Positions 42,381 through 53,756 of a stretch of 64,000 bases of DNA are shown in pieces; the first letter of the stretch is position 1, and every line of letters begins with the position of its first letter. The stretch lies in NCBI GenBank assembly GCA_036149055.1, contig JAYZQJ010000069.1:107950-171949 (forward strand), read 5' to 3'. The DNA comes from Myxococcota bacterium. Its GTDB lineage: Bacteria > Myxococcota_A > Polyangia > Polyangiales > Sandaracinaceae. A model generated the notes under the pieces. That model was not told the origin of the DNA. It did not search any database and saw only the letters and a list, made by a program, of their open reading frames with translations. A program made the position numbers and the translations under genes.

Positions 42381-43534
42381 GACGCCACCCTCGCCAGCTC
42401 TCGCTGATAGATCTCCAAGATTCCGCTCCAGATTCTCTCGGGCTGGAAGTCTCGCTCCGCGCGCTCCCGGCCCGCGCGCCCGTGGCGACGGCGCAGGTCG
42501 GGGTCCCGGAGGTAGCGGGTGATCGCGTCCGCGAGCCCGGCGGCGCTCCCCGTCGGCGCGATGAGCCCGGTGGCGTCGTGCACGACCGAGTCGACCGCGC
42601 CGATCGCGTCGGTCGTGACCACGGGCAGCTCCATCGCCGCGGCCTCGAGCGGGACGTTGGGGAAGCCCTCCCGCCGCGTGGGCAGCACGAGCGCGTCCAC
42701 GCCGCGGTAGAGGGTCGCGATGTCCTCCATGAACGGCCGGTGCTCGATCGACGGGCTCGTCTCGATGTGACGCCGCGTCTCCGGGTCCAGGCCATCTCGC
42801 GCCTCGTAGGTGCCGACCATCAGCAGCCGGGCCGGGGGGCCGTCGTCGCGCGTCACCCGGCGCCACGCGTCCACCAGCTCGGGGATGCCCTTGTCCGCGA
42901 CCAGCCGACCGACGTAGGCGAAGACCGTCTCGTCGCCCGCGAGGCCCAGCGTCCGTCGCGCCTCCTCGCGAGATCGGCGCGTGGGATCGAAGCGCTTCAG
43001 GTCCACCCCGTTGCTGCTGCCCGCCCCGATGACCGAGACCTTGCGCCGGACGGGGAGGCGATGCGCGCGGGCCGCGGCGGCGAGGGAGCGGCTGACCGCG
43101 ATGACCCGATGCGCGCAGGTGATCGAGGTCGCCTCGGCGCCCCAGAGGGCGGCGCGGGTCGCGCCCTCGGCGGTCAGGAGCGGCATGCCCCGCAGGTGGT
43201 AGATCCGCACCGGCACCCGCGCGGCGGCGGCCGCCATCATCGAGACCAGGCCCCCCTTCGGCGTGTGCCCGTGCACGACGTCGGGCCGGAGGGCGCGGAT
43301 GAGCGCGTGGGTGCGCCGCGTCGCCACCAGGTCGGCGCGGGGCGAGATGGCGCGGGTCAGCGGGAGCTCGTGGGGCTCGGCCCCGCACTCCTCCGCGACG
43401 CCTTGCAGCCGGGCGCCCGGCGCCGTCGCGACGTGCACGTCGAAGCCGGCGTCCCGCATGAACTGGACCTGCCCCCGGAGGAAGTACAGCGTCTCGGGGA
43501 CGGTCGCGATGTGCAGCAGACGTCTACGCGGCAT
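42377..43534 (-). CDS. GT4 glycosyltransferase (CapM/PglA-like)
   Basis: HTPKGGL, GSSNGVD, VGRLVADKGI.EL, REGFPNVPLEA. Confidence 0.92.
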   Translation of the reverse strand: MPRRRLLHIATVPETLYFLRGQVQFMRDAGFDVHVATAPGARLQGVAEECGAEPHELPLTRAISPRADLVATRRTHALIRALRPDVVHGHTPKGGLVSMMAAAAARVPVRIYHLRGMPLLTAEGATRAALWGAEATSITCAHRVIAVSRSLAAAARAHRLPVRRKVSVIGAGSSNGVDLKRFDPTRRSREEARRTLGLAGDETVFAYVGRLVADKGIPELVDAWRRVTRDDGPPARLLMVGTYEARDGLDPETRRHIETSPSIEHRPFMEDIATLYRGVDALVLPTRREGFPNVPLEAAAMELPVVTTDAIGAVDSVVHDATGLIAPTGSAAGLADAITRYLRDPDLRRRHGRAGRERAERDFQPERIWSGILEIYQRELARVAS

Positions 43535-45053
43535 CGCTACGACCGGGGCCGACGGTCTCGACGACGGGGGGAACGCGGAGGCGGCGCAGGAGACCGGGCG
43601 CGACCGTCTCCAGCAGGCACCGCGCGTCCAGGATCGGGTTCGCCTTGGCCAGGTACTCGAGGTTGAGCTCGACCTTGTGGGGGTAAACGACCGTGTCGTT
43701 GTAGTGCACCGGGTCCGGCTGCGCCGCGAGGATCTCCTCCTCCCGGCGGTACGCGAGCGTCGCCGGGCCGGTGATGCCCGGCTTGAGGTCGAGCACCGCG
43801 CGGTCCGCGCCGGTCAGGGCGTCGGCGTAGCCCGGGACGTCGGGTCGGGGGCCGACGAGGCTCATGTCGCCGCGCAGGACGTTGAAGAGCTGCGGCAGCT
43901 CGTCGAGCTTGAAGCGGCGGAGCACGGCGCCGAGCGGCGTCACCCGGACATCACCCCGCACCGTCACCGTCCCGCCTCCACGTCCGGTCGACATCGTGCG
44001 GAACTTGTAGAGCACGAAGGGGCGCCCGTGCTGCCCCACGCGGGTCTGACGGAAGACGGCGGGCGGGCCGTCGGTGAGTCGAATCGCCGCCGCGATCATC
44101 GCCATCGGCGCGGCCGCGGCGACCAGCCCGGCGGCGGCGACGCTGCGGTCGAGGAGCGGCTTGAAGACGTCCCGGTAGACGGCCCCGCGATCCCGGTCCA
44201 CGAGCGCGTCCTGCGCCATCAGCGCCCGCAGGCTCGCCGACGCGCCACCTTCGGGGAGCCGCTCGAGGAGCGCCGGGAAGCGCCGCAGCAGCGCGACGCC
44301 CAGCCCCAGCGGGAACAGGTAGACGAGCTGGAGCTGCGCGTGCTCGCGCTGGAAGCCCAGCCGCAGCAAGTAGTCCTGCATGTTGGTGTCGTGCAGCACG
44401 GAGCGCGCGCCGTTACAGACCGGGATCCCGCGTGACACGTAGTGTTCGGTGACGTGCTCGATCAGCGCGGCGCTGGCGTAGTTCTTCAAGCCCACCGGGG
44501 TGATGTCGATGGTGTGCATGAAGACGCCGAGCGGCTCCTCGACGCAGGCGATGTAGCCGGCCAGCCGGCCGTCGCCGTCGAGCGCGCCGAAGACCTCGGT
44601 CGCCGTGGAGCGGGCGACCGCGCGCGCCCACGCCTCCCAGCCCGCGGCCGTCAGCGGCTCCGCGTCCCGGTAGCGCTCGTGGGCCGCCACGTGGCAGGCG
44701 TGGCCCAGGGCGAGCCACTCCTCCTCCGAGAGTCGCCGGAGGGTGTGGCGCTTCCGCCCGCGGCGCACCTGCGAGCGGGTGTTCGCCGAGAGCGCCCCGA
44801 AGTCGTGGGCCCGGCAGACCACGTTCCACCACGACCCGTCTTCGCGGTCCGCCACCGTGTTCCGAGCGAGGACCGCGCCCCCGCGGAGCAGCAGCGCCTG
44901 CGCCTCCAGCCACGGGAGCGCCCCGTGATTCGGCATCGCCGTCAGCGGCAGCAGCGCGAGGTGATGACGGCGCCACCGCCGCCCGTCCCGCGAGGAGACG
45001 ACGCGATCACCGAGGTCCCGCGCCAGCTGCGTGAGCGCCTCAAGCCCGCTCAT
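43524..45053 (-). CDS. Fusion: N-terminal GNAT/FemAB-like domain + C-terminal PglC-type phosphoglycosyl transferase
   Basis: Single ORF. C-terminus has F.Q.RVG..G.PF..YKFRTM and KLDELPQLFNVLRGDMSLVGPRP, KPGITG. N-terminus has LSANTRSQVRRG. Confidence 0.8.
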   Translation of the reverse strand: MSGLEALTQLARDLGDRVVSSRDGRRWRRHHLALLPLTAMPNHGALPWLEAQALLLRGGAVLARNTVADREDGSWWNVVCRAHDFGALSANTRSQVRRGRKRHTLRRLSEEEWLALGHACHVAAHERYRDAEPLTAAGWEAWARAVARSTATEVFGALDGDGRLAGYIACVEEPLGVFMHTIDITPVGLKNYASAALIEHVTEHYVSRGIPVCNGARSVLHDTNMQDYLLRLGFQREHAQLQLVYLFPLGLGVALLRRFPALLERLPEGGASASLRALMAQDALVDRDRGAVYRDVFKPLLDRSVAAAGLVAAAAPMAMIAAAIRLTDGPPAVFRQTRVGQHGRPFVLYKFRTMSTGRGGGTVTVRGDVRVTPLGAVLRRFKLDELPQLFNVLRGDMSLVGPRPDVPGYADALTGADRAVLDLKPGITGPATLAYRREEEILAAQPDPVHYNDTVVYPHKVELNLEYLAKANPILDARCLLETVAPGLLRRLRVPPVVETVGPGRSDAA

Positions 45054-45603
45054 CGTCAACCTGGGAGGCGGGTCGATCGAGCACGAAGCGGCCGAGGGGC
45101 TTCACGCCCCAGGGCGCGCTGCGGTAGCCGGCGCCGGCGAACTCGAAGCCGCAGGCACGGATCACTCTCAGCGAGGCGATGTTGTCCTCCGACGCGAAGT
45201 ACCAGAAGCGCACGCCGGGATGGCTGCGGATCAACGCCGAGACGGCCGCCTTGGCCAGCCCGCGGCCACGGTGCGAGGGCGCGGTGTGCGTCGAGGCGAT
45301 CTGGAGGTCCTGCGGCCCCATGAACGGGAAGCGCTGATACTTCGGGAGCAGGCACGAGTAGTGGGCGAGCTCGCGCCCCCGGCGCACGACGAAGACGCCG
45401 TAGCCCTCGCGGGCGAAGAGCCCGAGGCGCGCCATCGTGCCCCACATCAGGAAGGGGTGCCGCTCGAAGCCAGGCGGCCGCAGCTCGGCCCCGCTCGGGC
45501 GCCAGAGCACCGCGTGATAGCCCTCGGGGAGGTCGAACCGCGGGACCCGGTCGCCGCCCCGCAGACCGTCGTGGACGTAGAAGTGCTGAGTGTTCCGGTT
45601 CAC
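45040..45603 (-). CDS. GNAT N-acetyltransferase
   Basis: TAPSHRGRGLA (acetyl-CoA motif), DNIASLRVIRACGF; start uncertain. Confidence 0.82.
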   Translation of the reverse strand: MNRNTQHFYVHDGLRGGDRVPRFDLPEGYHAVLWRPSGAELRPPGFERHPFLMWGTMARLGLFAREGYGVFVVRRGRELAHYSCLLPKYQRFPFMGPQDLQIASTHTAPSHRGRGLAKAAVSALIRSHPGVRFWYFASEDNIASLRVIRACGFEFAGAGYRSAPWGVKPLGRFVLDRPASQVDDERA

Positions 45604-45826
45604 GTCTGCCGTCCCGGGGCCTGGCATCCTGGCACGCCCATCCGAGCGCGCCAACCGCCGCGCAGGGCACCGGCCCACGAGGCTCCGGTTGGATGAACGA
45701 GGGGCCGCGGGCGTTCATCGCAGGGCGCTTCGAACGCGCGGCGCGAGGCGCGCAACACAGGTCCAGCGTCGGTTGACCGGGCTCACCGCGAGGTGCAAGG
45801 TCCCGGCTCCTTGGAGGATCCCGTTG

Positions 45827-47110
<1,284 letters not shown>

Positions 47111-47117
47111 GCACCCC

Positions 47118-48128
47118 ATGACGCGCTACCTCGTCACCGGCGCCGCCGGGTTCATCGGCTTCCACCTCTCCCGCCGCCTCCTCGCCCGCGGTGACGAGGT
47201 CGTGGGGCTCGACAACCTCAACCCCTACTATTCCGTCGCCCTCAAGCGCGACCGGCTCCGCCTCCTGCAGGAGGAGGCGCGCTTCTCGTTCGCGGAGCTC
47301 GACCTCGCCGACCGGGAGGCCGTGACCGAGGTCTTCGCCAACGGCGGCTTCGACGTCGTCGTCAACCTCGCGGCCCAGGCGGGCGTCCGCTACTCGCTGA
47401 CCAACCCGCACGCCTACGTCGACTCCAACATCGTGGGCTTCCTCAACGTGCTCGAGGGCTGCCGCCATCACGGCGTGAAGCACCTCGTCTACGCGTCGAG
47501 CAGCTCCGTCTACGGCGCCAATACGCGCATGCCGTTCTCGACCGAGCACAACGTCGACCACCCGGTGAGCCTCTACGCGGCCAGCAAGAAGGCCAACGAG
47601 CTGATGGCGCACACCTACAGCCATCTCTACGGCCTGCCGACCACCGGGCTCCGCTTCTTCACGGTCTACGGCCCGTGGGGGCGGCCCGACATGGCGCTCT
47701 TCCTGTTCACCAAGGCCATCCTCGCCGGCGAGCCCATCGACGTCTTCAATCGAGGCGAGATGAAGCGGGACTTCACGTACATCGACGACATCGTCGAGGG
47801 CGTGATGCGGGTGGCCGATCGCACGCCCGAGCCGGATCCCGAGTGGGACGCGGCCGCTCCGACCCCGGCGAGCGGCGCCGCGCCCTACCGCCTCTACAAC
47901 ATCGGCAACAACGCGCCCGTGCCGCTCATGGACATGATCGGCACCCTCGAGCGCTGCCTCGGGCGGACCGCCGAGAAGCGGCTGCTCCCGATGCAGCCGG
48001 GCGACGTGCCCGCGACCTACGCCGACGTGTCCGACCTCGAGCGGGACGTCGGCTTCCGTCCGCAGACGCCGCTGGCCGACGGCATCGCGCGCTTCGTGGA
48101 CTGGTACCGCGAGTACTACGGAGCGTGA
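47118..48128 (+). CDS. UDP-glucuronate 4-epimerase (Uge/CapI-like)
   Basis: [44 protein letters not shown]. Confidence 0.92.
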   Translation: MTRYLVTGAAGFIGFHLSRRLLARGDEVVGLDNLNPYYSVALKRDRLRLLQEEARFSFAELDLADREAVTEVFANGGFDVVVNLAAQAGVRYSLTNPHAYVDSNIVGFLNVLEGCRHHGVKHLVYASSSSVYGANTRMPFSTEHNVDHPVSLYAASKKANELMAHTYSHLYGLPTTGLRFFTVYGPWGRPDMALFLFTKAILAGEPIDVFNRGEMKRDFTYIDDIVEGVMRVADRTPEPDPEWDAAAPTPASGAAPYRLYNIGNNAPVPLMDMIGTLERCLGRTAEKRLLPMQPGDVPATYADVSDLERDVGFRPQTPLADGIARFVDWYREYYGA

Positions 48129-48130
48129 CC

Positions 48131-49258
48131 GTGAGCCGCATCTACCTGTCGGCACCGCACATGGGTGGGCAAGAGCTCGGCTTCGTGCACGAGGCGTTCG
48201 ACACGAACTGGCTCTCCTCCGTCGGCCCGAACATCGACGCCTTCGAGCGCGAGCTGCAGGAGGTGGTGGGCGGACACGTCGCCGCCCTCGCCTCGGGCAC
48301 CGCCGGCATGCACCTCGGGCTCCGGCTGCTCGGCGTCGGGCCGGGCGACGAGGTCATCTGTCCCACGTTCACCTTCGTGGCGACCGCCAACCCCATCACC
48401 TACCTCGGCGCCAAGCCGGTGTTCCTCGACAGCGAGCGCACCAGCTGGAACCTCGACCCCGAGCTGCTCGCGTCGGTGCTGGAGCGCAAGGCGGCCGCGG
48501 GCGCCCTCCCCCGCGCCGTGATCGTCGTGCACCTCTTCGGCCAGAGCGCCGACATGGACGCGATCCGCGAGGTCTGCGCCCGGTGGGACGTGCCGATCCT
48601 GGAGGACGCCGCGGAGGCGCTGGGCACCCGCTACAAGGACGCGCCGGTCGGCGCGATGGGCGCCGTGGGCGTGCTCAGCTTCAACGGCAACAAGATCATC
48701 ACGACCACGGGCGGCGGCGCGCTGGTCAGCCGCGACCCCGAGCTGGTCCGGAAGGCGCGCCACCTCGCCACCCAGGCACGCGAGCCCTCGGTCGCCTACG
48801 TGCACGAGCAGGTCGGCTACAACTACCGCATGAGCAACGTGCTCGCCGGGATCGGGCGCGGTCAGCTCCGCGTGCTGGACGAGCGGGTGAGGCGTCGCCG
48901 CGAGATCGCGTTCGCCTACCGGGACGCGTTCGCGGAGATCGACGGGCTCGAGCTGATGCCCCAGGCGGCGTGGGGCCTGCACACGAACTGGCTCAGCGTC
49001 TTCACGGTCGACGCCCGGAAGGTCGGCGTGACCCGCGACGAGATCATCGCGCACCTGGCCAGTGAGGACATCGAGGCCCGCCCCGTGTGGAAGCCGATGC
49101 ACACCCAGCCTCTCTTCGCGCGCGCCGAGCGGCACGGCGGAGAGGTCGCGGAGGAGCTGTTCGAGGTCGGCCTCTGCCTCCCGAGCTCCAGCAACCTGGA
49201 CGGCGAGCAGCAGGGCCGCGTCATCGGCGCCGTCACGCGCGTCGTGAAGGGCGGCTGA
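48131..49258 (+). CDS. pglE: PglE/EpsN-like DegT PLP aminotransferase
   Basis: RIYLSAPHM, EDAAEALG, SFNGNKIITTTGGG, GYNYRMSN, RPVWKPMH. Confidence 0.88.
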   Translation: MSRIYLSAPHMGGQELGFVHEAFDTNWLSSVGPNIDAFERELQEVVGGHVAALASGTAGMHLGLRLLGVGPGDEVICPTFTFVATANPITYLGAKPVFLDSERTSWNLDPELLASVLERKAAAGALPRAVIVVHLFGQSADMDAIREVCARWDVPILEDAAEALGTRYKDAPVGAMGAVGVLSFNGNKIITTTGGGALVSRDPELVRKARHLATQAREPSVAYVHEQVGYNYRMSNVLAGIGRGQLRVLDERVRRRREIAFAYRDAFAEIDGLELMPQAAWGLHTNWLSVFTVDARKVGVTRDEIIAHLASEDIEARPVWKPMHTQPLFARAERHGGEVAEELFEVGLCLPSSSNLDGEQQGRVIGAVTRVVKGG

Positions 49259-49261
49259 CCC

Positions 49262-51229
49262 ATGCGTCGTCGAGTGCTGCGGCTCAGCCAGCTGGTGCTG
49301 GACCTCCTGGTGCTCGCGCTCGCCTTCTCCCTGGCGTTCTTCGCCCGCTTCGACTGGCGTCCGCCCACCGACATGATCGGGCGGCTGGCCCTCACCGTGC
49401 CGTACATCGTCCTCGGCGAGTACCTGGTGATGTGGCTCTTCGGCGTCCCGAAGTTCTCGTGGCGCCACATCGGCCTGCGCGAGGTCTGGCGGATCCTCGC
49501 CGCGGGCGTCGTCGCCACGATGGTGCTCGTCTGGATCCGCATCGGCCTGGGGGCGGCGCAGGGACACGTCCCCTACCTGCGCCACGGGGTGATCCCCCTC
49601 GGCGTCATCGCGATGAACTTCGTGCTCTTCCTCCTCGGGGTCGCCGGCATCCGCGTGCTCCGGCGGATCCTCGGCGAGCACTACGAGGCGCGAGAGCGGG
49701 CCAAGAACGTCGAGCGGCGGGACGCCGTGCCGACGATGATGGTGGGCGCCGGTCAGGGCGGCGTGCTCATGGCCAAGGAGCTCGCCCACCGTCCGGACCT
49801 GGGCCTCAAGCCGGTCGGCTTCCTCGACGACGACCCGGCGAAGCTCGGGGTCGTCATCCAGGGCGTGCCTGTGCTCGGGCGCAGCGACGACCTGGCCGCG
49901 CTCTGCGAGAAGCACGGCGCCAAACAGGTCCTCATCACCATGGCGAGCGCGCCGGGTGAGATCATCCGCCGGATCGCCCGGCTCGCCGAGGCGGCCGAGC
50001 TGCCGGTGAAGATCATCCCCGGCCTCTTCGAGATCGCGGGCGGCCGGGTGGAGCTCGCGCGGATCCGCCCGGTGGCCATCGAGGACCTCCTCCGGCGCGC
50101 GCCGGTCGAGCTGGACGTCGACGCGATCGCGGACGATCTGCGCGACCGGGTGGTCCTCGTGACCGGCGCCGGCGGCTCGATCGGCTCGGAGATCTGTCGC
50201 CAGGTCGCCGCGTTCCAGCCGTCCAAGCTCCTCCTCGCCGAGCGGGCCGAGAACAACCTCTTCCACATCCACCGGGAGCTCCGCACGAGCTACCCGGGGC
50301 TCGACATCACGCCGGTGATGGCCGACGTCACCGACGAGGTGCGGATGCGCTCCATCTTCGAGCGCGACCGCCCGTACGCCGTCTTCCACGCCGCGGCGCA
50401 CAAGCACGTGCCGATGATGGAGTGGAACTCCGGCGAGGCGGTGAAGAACAACGTCTTCGGCACCAAGACCGTCGCGGACCTCGCCCACGAGCACGGAGCG
50501 GAGAGCTTCGTGATGATCTCGACCGACAAGGCGGTGAACCCCACGAGCGTGATGGGCGCCACCAAGCGCGTCGCCGAGATGTACGTGCAGGCGCTGGCCG
50601 AGGACAGCGACACCCGCTTCGTCACCGTGCGCTTCGGAAACGTGCTCGGGTCGGCCGGCAGCGTGATCCCCATCTTCAAGGAGCAGATCGCGAACGGCGG
50701 GCCGGTGACCGTCACCCACCCCGAGATGCAGCGCTACTTCATGACCATCCCCGAGGCCTGTCAGCTCGTCTTGCAGGCAGGCAGCATGGGGAACGGCGGG
50801 GAGATCTTCATCCTCGACATGGGCGAGCCGGTGAAGATCGTCGACCTCGCGCGCGACCTCATCCAGCTCAGCGGCCTCGTCCCCGGGCGCGACATCGAGA
50901 TCGAGTTCAGCGGGATGCGCCCCGGCGAGAAGCTCTTCGAGGAGCTGTGCGTCGACGCGGAGCACGCCGAGAAGACCCGGCACGAGAAGATCTTCGTGGG
51001 GCGGCGTCCCCCGGCCACGCTCGCGGAGGCGTCGCGACACCTCGAGGTCCTCGCGAGGTGCACCGACGGCGCGGACCGCGCGCGCGTCGTGGCCTCGCTG
51101 CAGCGCTGCGTCCCCGAGTTCCACGAGCCCGACGCCGCGGCGCCGGTGAGGCCCTCTCGCCCCGCGCCGCCCGTCGAGGCGCCCTCACTGCCGCCCGCGC
51201 TGGCGAACCCGAGCCTCGATCCTCCCTGA
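49262..51229 (+). CDS. pglF: PglF/WbpM/CapD UDP-GlcNAc 4,6-dehydratase
   Basis: Four N-terminal TMs; TGAGGSIGSE, HAAAHKHVP, STDKAVNPT.VMGATKR, VRFGNVLGS. Confidence 0.92.
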   Translation: MRRRVLRLSQLVLDLLVLALAFSLAFFARFDWRPPTDMIGRLALTVPYIVLGEYLVMWLFGVPKFSWRHIGLREVWRILAAGVVATMVLVWIRIGLGAAQGHVPYLRHGVIPLGVIAMNFVLFLLGVAGIRVLRRILGEHYEARERAKNVERRDAVPTMMVGAGQGGVLMAKELAHRPDLGLKPVGFLDDDPAKLGVVIQGVPVLGRSDDLAALCEKHGAKQVLITMASAPGEIIRRIARLAEAAELPVKIIPGLFEIAGGRVELARIRPVAIEDLLRRAPVELDVDAIADDLRDRVVLVTGAGGSIGSEICRQVAAFQPSKLLLAERAENNLFHIHRELRTSYPGLDITPVMADVTDEVRMRSIFERDRPYAVFHAAAHKHVPMMEWNSGEAVKNNVFGTKTVADLAHEHGAESFVMISTDKAVNPTSVMGATKRVAEMYVQALAEDSDTRFVTVRFGNVLGSAGSVIPIFKEQIANGGPVTVTHPEMQRYFMTIPEACQLVLQAGSMGNGGEIFILDMGEPVKIVDLARDLIQLSGLVPGRDIEIEFSGMRPGEKLFEELCVDAEHAEKTRHEKIFVGRRPPATLAEASRHLEVLARCTDGADRARVVASLQRCVPEFHEPDAAAPVRPSRPAPPVEAPSLPPALANPSLDPP

Positions 51230-51232
51230 TCG

Positions 51233-53710
51233 ATGTCGCGCCGAAACCGGAGCACGAAGGTCACACGCGATCGGGTCGCCTTCGGCGCGCTGACCCTCAC
51301 GCTGGTCGTCGCTCCTCAGCTCCTCGGTGGCGTCTTCGGATGGGGCATCGCCCTCATCGCGACGCTCGCGGCGATCACGGGCTCCCTCGCCGCCGCGGCC
51401 ACCCGCGGCACGCACGCGCTGCGCCCCTGGCTCGGCGCGCTCGCCCTGGCCCTGCTGGGATGGACGGCGCTCCAGGCGACCCCGCTGCCGCGCGCCGTGG
51501 CCAGCGCGCTCCAGCCGCTCGCGACGGAGGTCTGGGACGACGCCGCCCGGCTGCTGGGCGGGCCCGCTCCGTCGTGGATCCCCCTCTCGCTGTCGCCCCA
51601 CGACACCTGGACCGAGGTCCTGAAGCTCGGCGCCGTCGCGTGCGTGTTCTTCGCCTCCATGTCGCTGGCGACGCGCTCCTGGCGGCGCGCGATCCTGGTG
51701 GCGGCCGCGGGCTCCGTGGCGCTCATGGCCGCGGTCGCGCTCTGCCACCTCGCCGCCGGCGCGGAGTCGGTCTTCGGCCTCTACCAGCCCCGCTACGCCG
51801 CGCGCATCCTCGTGGCGCCGCTGATGAACCGGAACCACCTCGCCGGCTTCCTCGGCATGGGCGTGCCGCTGATGCTCTGCCTGGCGCTCGACGCGCCCTC
51901 GCCGGCCCGGCGCGGCGGGTGGTTCGCGGCGGCGGTGGTGACCGGCGTGACCGTGCTGATCGCGGCGTCTCGCGGCGGCGTCGCGTCGCTCGCCTGCGGG
52001 ATCACCCTCGTCGGGCTCCTCGGCGTCGCGCGCAAGAAGTCGAGCGGCGGCCAGGGCCGCTCCCCGCTGATCCTGATCGGGGCGGCCACCGCGAGCCTCG
52101 CGGGCATCGGCCTCTACGTCGCGTCGGAGACCCTCTTCCGCGACTTCGAGCGCGGCGACCTCGGCAAGCTGGAGCTCGCCGGCGCCGGCCTCGGGCTCGC
52201 CCTCGACCATCCGTGGATCGGCGTCGGGCGAGGCGCGTTCTCTTCGGCGCTGGTCGCCGACCACGGCGCCCAGTACCGCTACACGCACGCCGAGAACTGG
52301 CTCGCCCACTGGAGCAGCGAGTGGGGCCTCGTCGTCACCGCGGTCCTCGTGGTCGCCATCGCGGCGGCCGCGCGCCACGCGATCCGGCGAGCCCGCTCCT
52401 GGCCTCGGGTCGGAGCCATCGCCGCCGTGGGCTCGATCCTCACCCACGACCTCGTCGACTTCGCCCTCGAGGGCCTCGGCGTCGCGGTGGTCGCGGCGGC
52501 CGTCGCCGGAGCCGCCATCGCGCCCCGCCGGCCGAAGACGGCGCCCTCGCGGCTCTCGAGCGCGCGCCTGTCGCTGGCCGCCCTCGCCGTGGTCACCGTC
52601 GGCGGCGTCTTGCTCCACGGGCTGTCGATCGACGGCTCGAGTCGCCGCGCCCTCCAGGCCCAGCTCGAGCGGGAGCTCCTCGACGGAGAGCACGAGGCGT
52701 TCGCCACCACCCTCGAGCGCGCCGTGTCCACCCACCCGGCGGAGCCGACGTTCTTCCTCCTCGGCGGCGCCGAGGCGGTGGTCCGCGACGACCCCGCCGC
52801 CCTGCCCTGGCTCAACCAGGCGATGCGGGCGGCGGACGGCTGGTCGGGGCCGCACGCCGAGGCGGCGCGGTTCTTCGCCCGGCGCGGAGCCTACGGCCAG
52901 GCCTTCGTCGAGGTGCGAGAGGCGGAGCTGCGGCAGGCGGGCAGCGCGTTCGACGTCGCCTGCGCCGTCCTCGAAGAGCGCCCCGCGACCCTGGACACCT
53001 TCGTGCGGGTGACCCGGGCCGACGACGTCGGGACCGGCATCATGGATCGTGTCGCTCACTGCCTGCCGCTCGACTCGTCGGTCGCCGTCGCCCTCGACGC
53101 GCAGCTGCTCGAAGCGGGAGGAGAGCGCGCGCGCATGCGGCAAGCGCGACGGGGGCTCGCCGCGGGAGATCACGACGAGGCGCTGGCGTCGCTGGCGTCC
53201 CTGGACGGGACCGACGAAGAGGTCGCCCTCCTGACGGCGCAGATCGCGCTCGCCGCCCGGCGCCCCGCCGACGCCGTCGAGGCGCTCGAGCGCTCGTCCA
53301 CCACCTCCACCCGCCTCCTCCGGCTGCTCGCGATGGCCCAGGCCCGCGCCGGGCGCATGGACGACATGCACGCGACGATCGAGCGGCTGCGGGGGCGCGC
53401 CGCCGGTCGGGCCGACGCCGTCGCCGAGGCCTGGGTCCTGCAGGGGCGACTGGAGCGGTCCCAGAACAACGACGGGGCGGCCATGCGGTGCTTCGAGCGC
53501 GCCCACCGCATCGCGCCGACCTCCGGGGCCGGCGCCGAGATCGCCGACCTGGCGGAGGCCCTCGGCGACCTGGCGCGGGCCTTCCGGGCCCACTCCGAGA
53601 TCTGCCTGCGCGAGGGCCCCGGGAGCGCACATTGCGCGGCCCGAGACCGCCTCGAGCGCCGCTCGACTGAACGCCCTCTTCTCCGGACGCAACCGACGGC
53701 CGGACCTTGA
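51233..53710 (+). CDS. Large O-antigen-ligase/O-OTase-family membrane protein with C-terminal TPR domain
   Basis: NRNHLAGF, SRGG, PWIGVGRGAF, HAEN, HDLVDF; helical C-terminus. Confidence 0.82.
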   Translation: MSRRNRSTKVTRDRVAFGALTLTLVVAPQLLGGVFGWGIALIATLAAITGSLAAAATRGTHALRPWLGALALALLGWTALQATPLPRAVASALQPLATEVWDDAARLLGGPAPSWIPLSLSPHDTWTEVLKLGAVACVFFASMSLATRSWRRAILVAAAGSVALMAAVALCHLAAGAESVFGLYQPRYAARILVAPLMNRNHLAGFLGMGVPLMLCLALDAPSPARRGGWFAAAVVTGVTVLIAASRGGVASLACGITLVGLLGVARKKSSGGQGRSPLILIGAATASLAGIGLYVASETLFRDFERGDLGKLELAGAGLGLALDHPWIGVGRGAFSSALVADHGAQYRYTHAENWLAHWSSEWGLVVTAVLVVAIAAAARHAIRRARSWPRVGAIAAVGSILTHDLVDFALEGLGVAVVAAAVAGAAIAPRRPKTAPSRLSSARLSLAALAVVTVGGVLLHGLSIDGSSRRALQAQLERELLDGEHEAFATTLERAVSTHPAEPTFFLLGGAEAVVRDDPAALPWLNQAMRAADGWSGPHAEAARFFARRGAYGQAFVEVREAELRQAGSAFDVACAVLEERPATLDTFVRVTRADDVGTGIMDRVAHCLPLDSSVAVALDAQLLEAGGERARMRQARRGLAAGDHDEALASLASLDGTDEEVALLTAQIALAARRPADAVEALERSSTTSTRLLRLLAMAQARAGRMDDMHATIERLRGRAAGRADAVAEAWVLQGRLERSQNNDGAAMRCFERAHRIAPTSGAGAEIADLAEALGDLARAFRAHSEICLREGPGSAHCAARDRLERRSTERPLLRTQPTAGP

Positions 53711-53756
53711 CCCACCAGAGGCGGCGGGCAAGGCTCCCACGCCATCGTCGAACCCC

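Noticed and set aside
48116..53670. ORFs over 1000 aa (48116..51124 minus, 50422..53670 plus)
   Set aside because: Shadow frames of pglE, pglF and the ligase gene, caused by stop-codon scarcity at high GC; no motifs.
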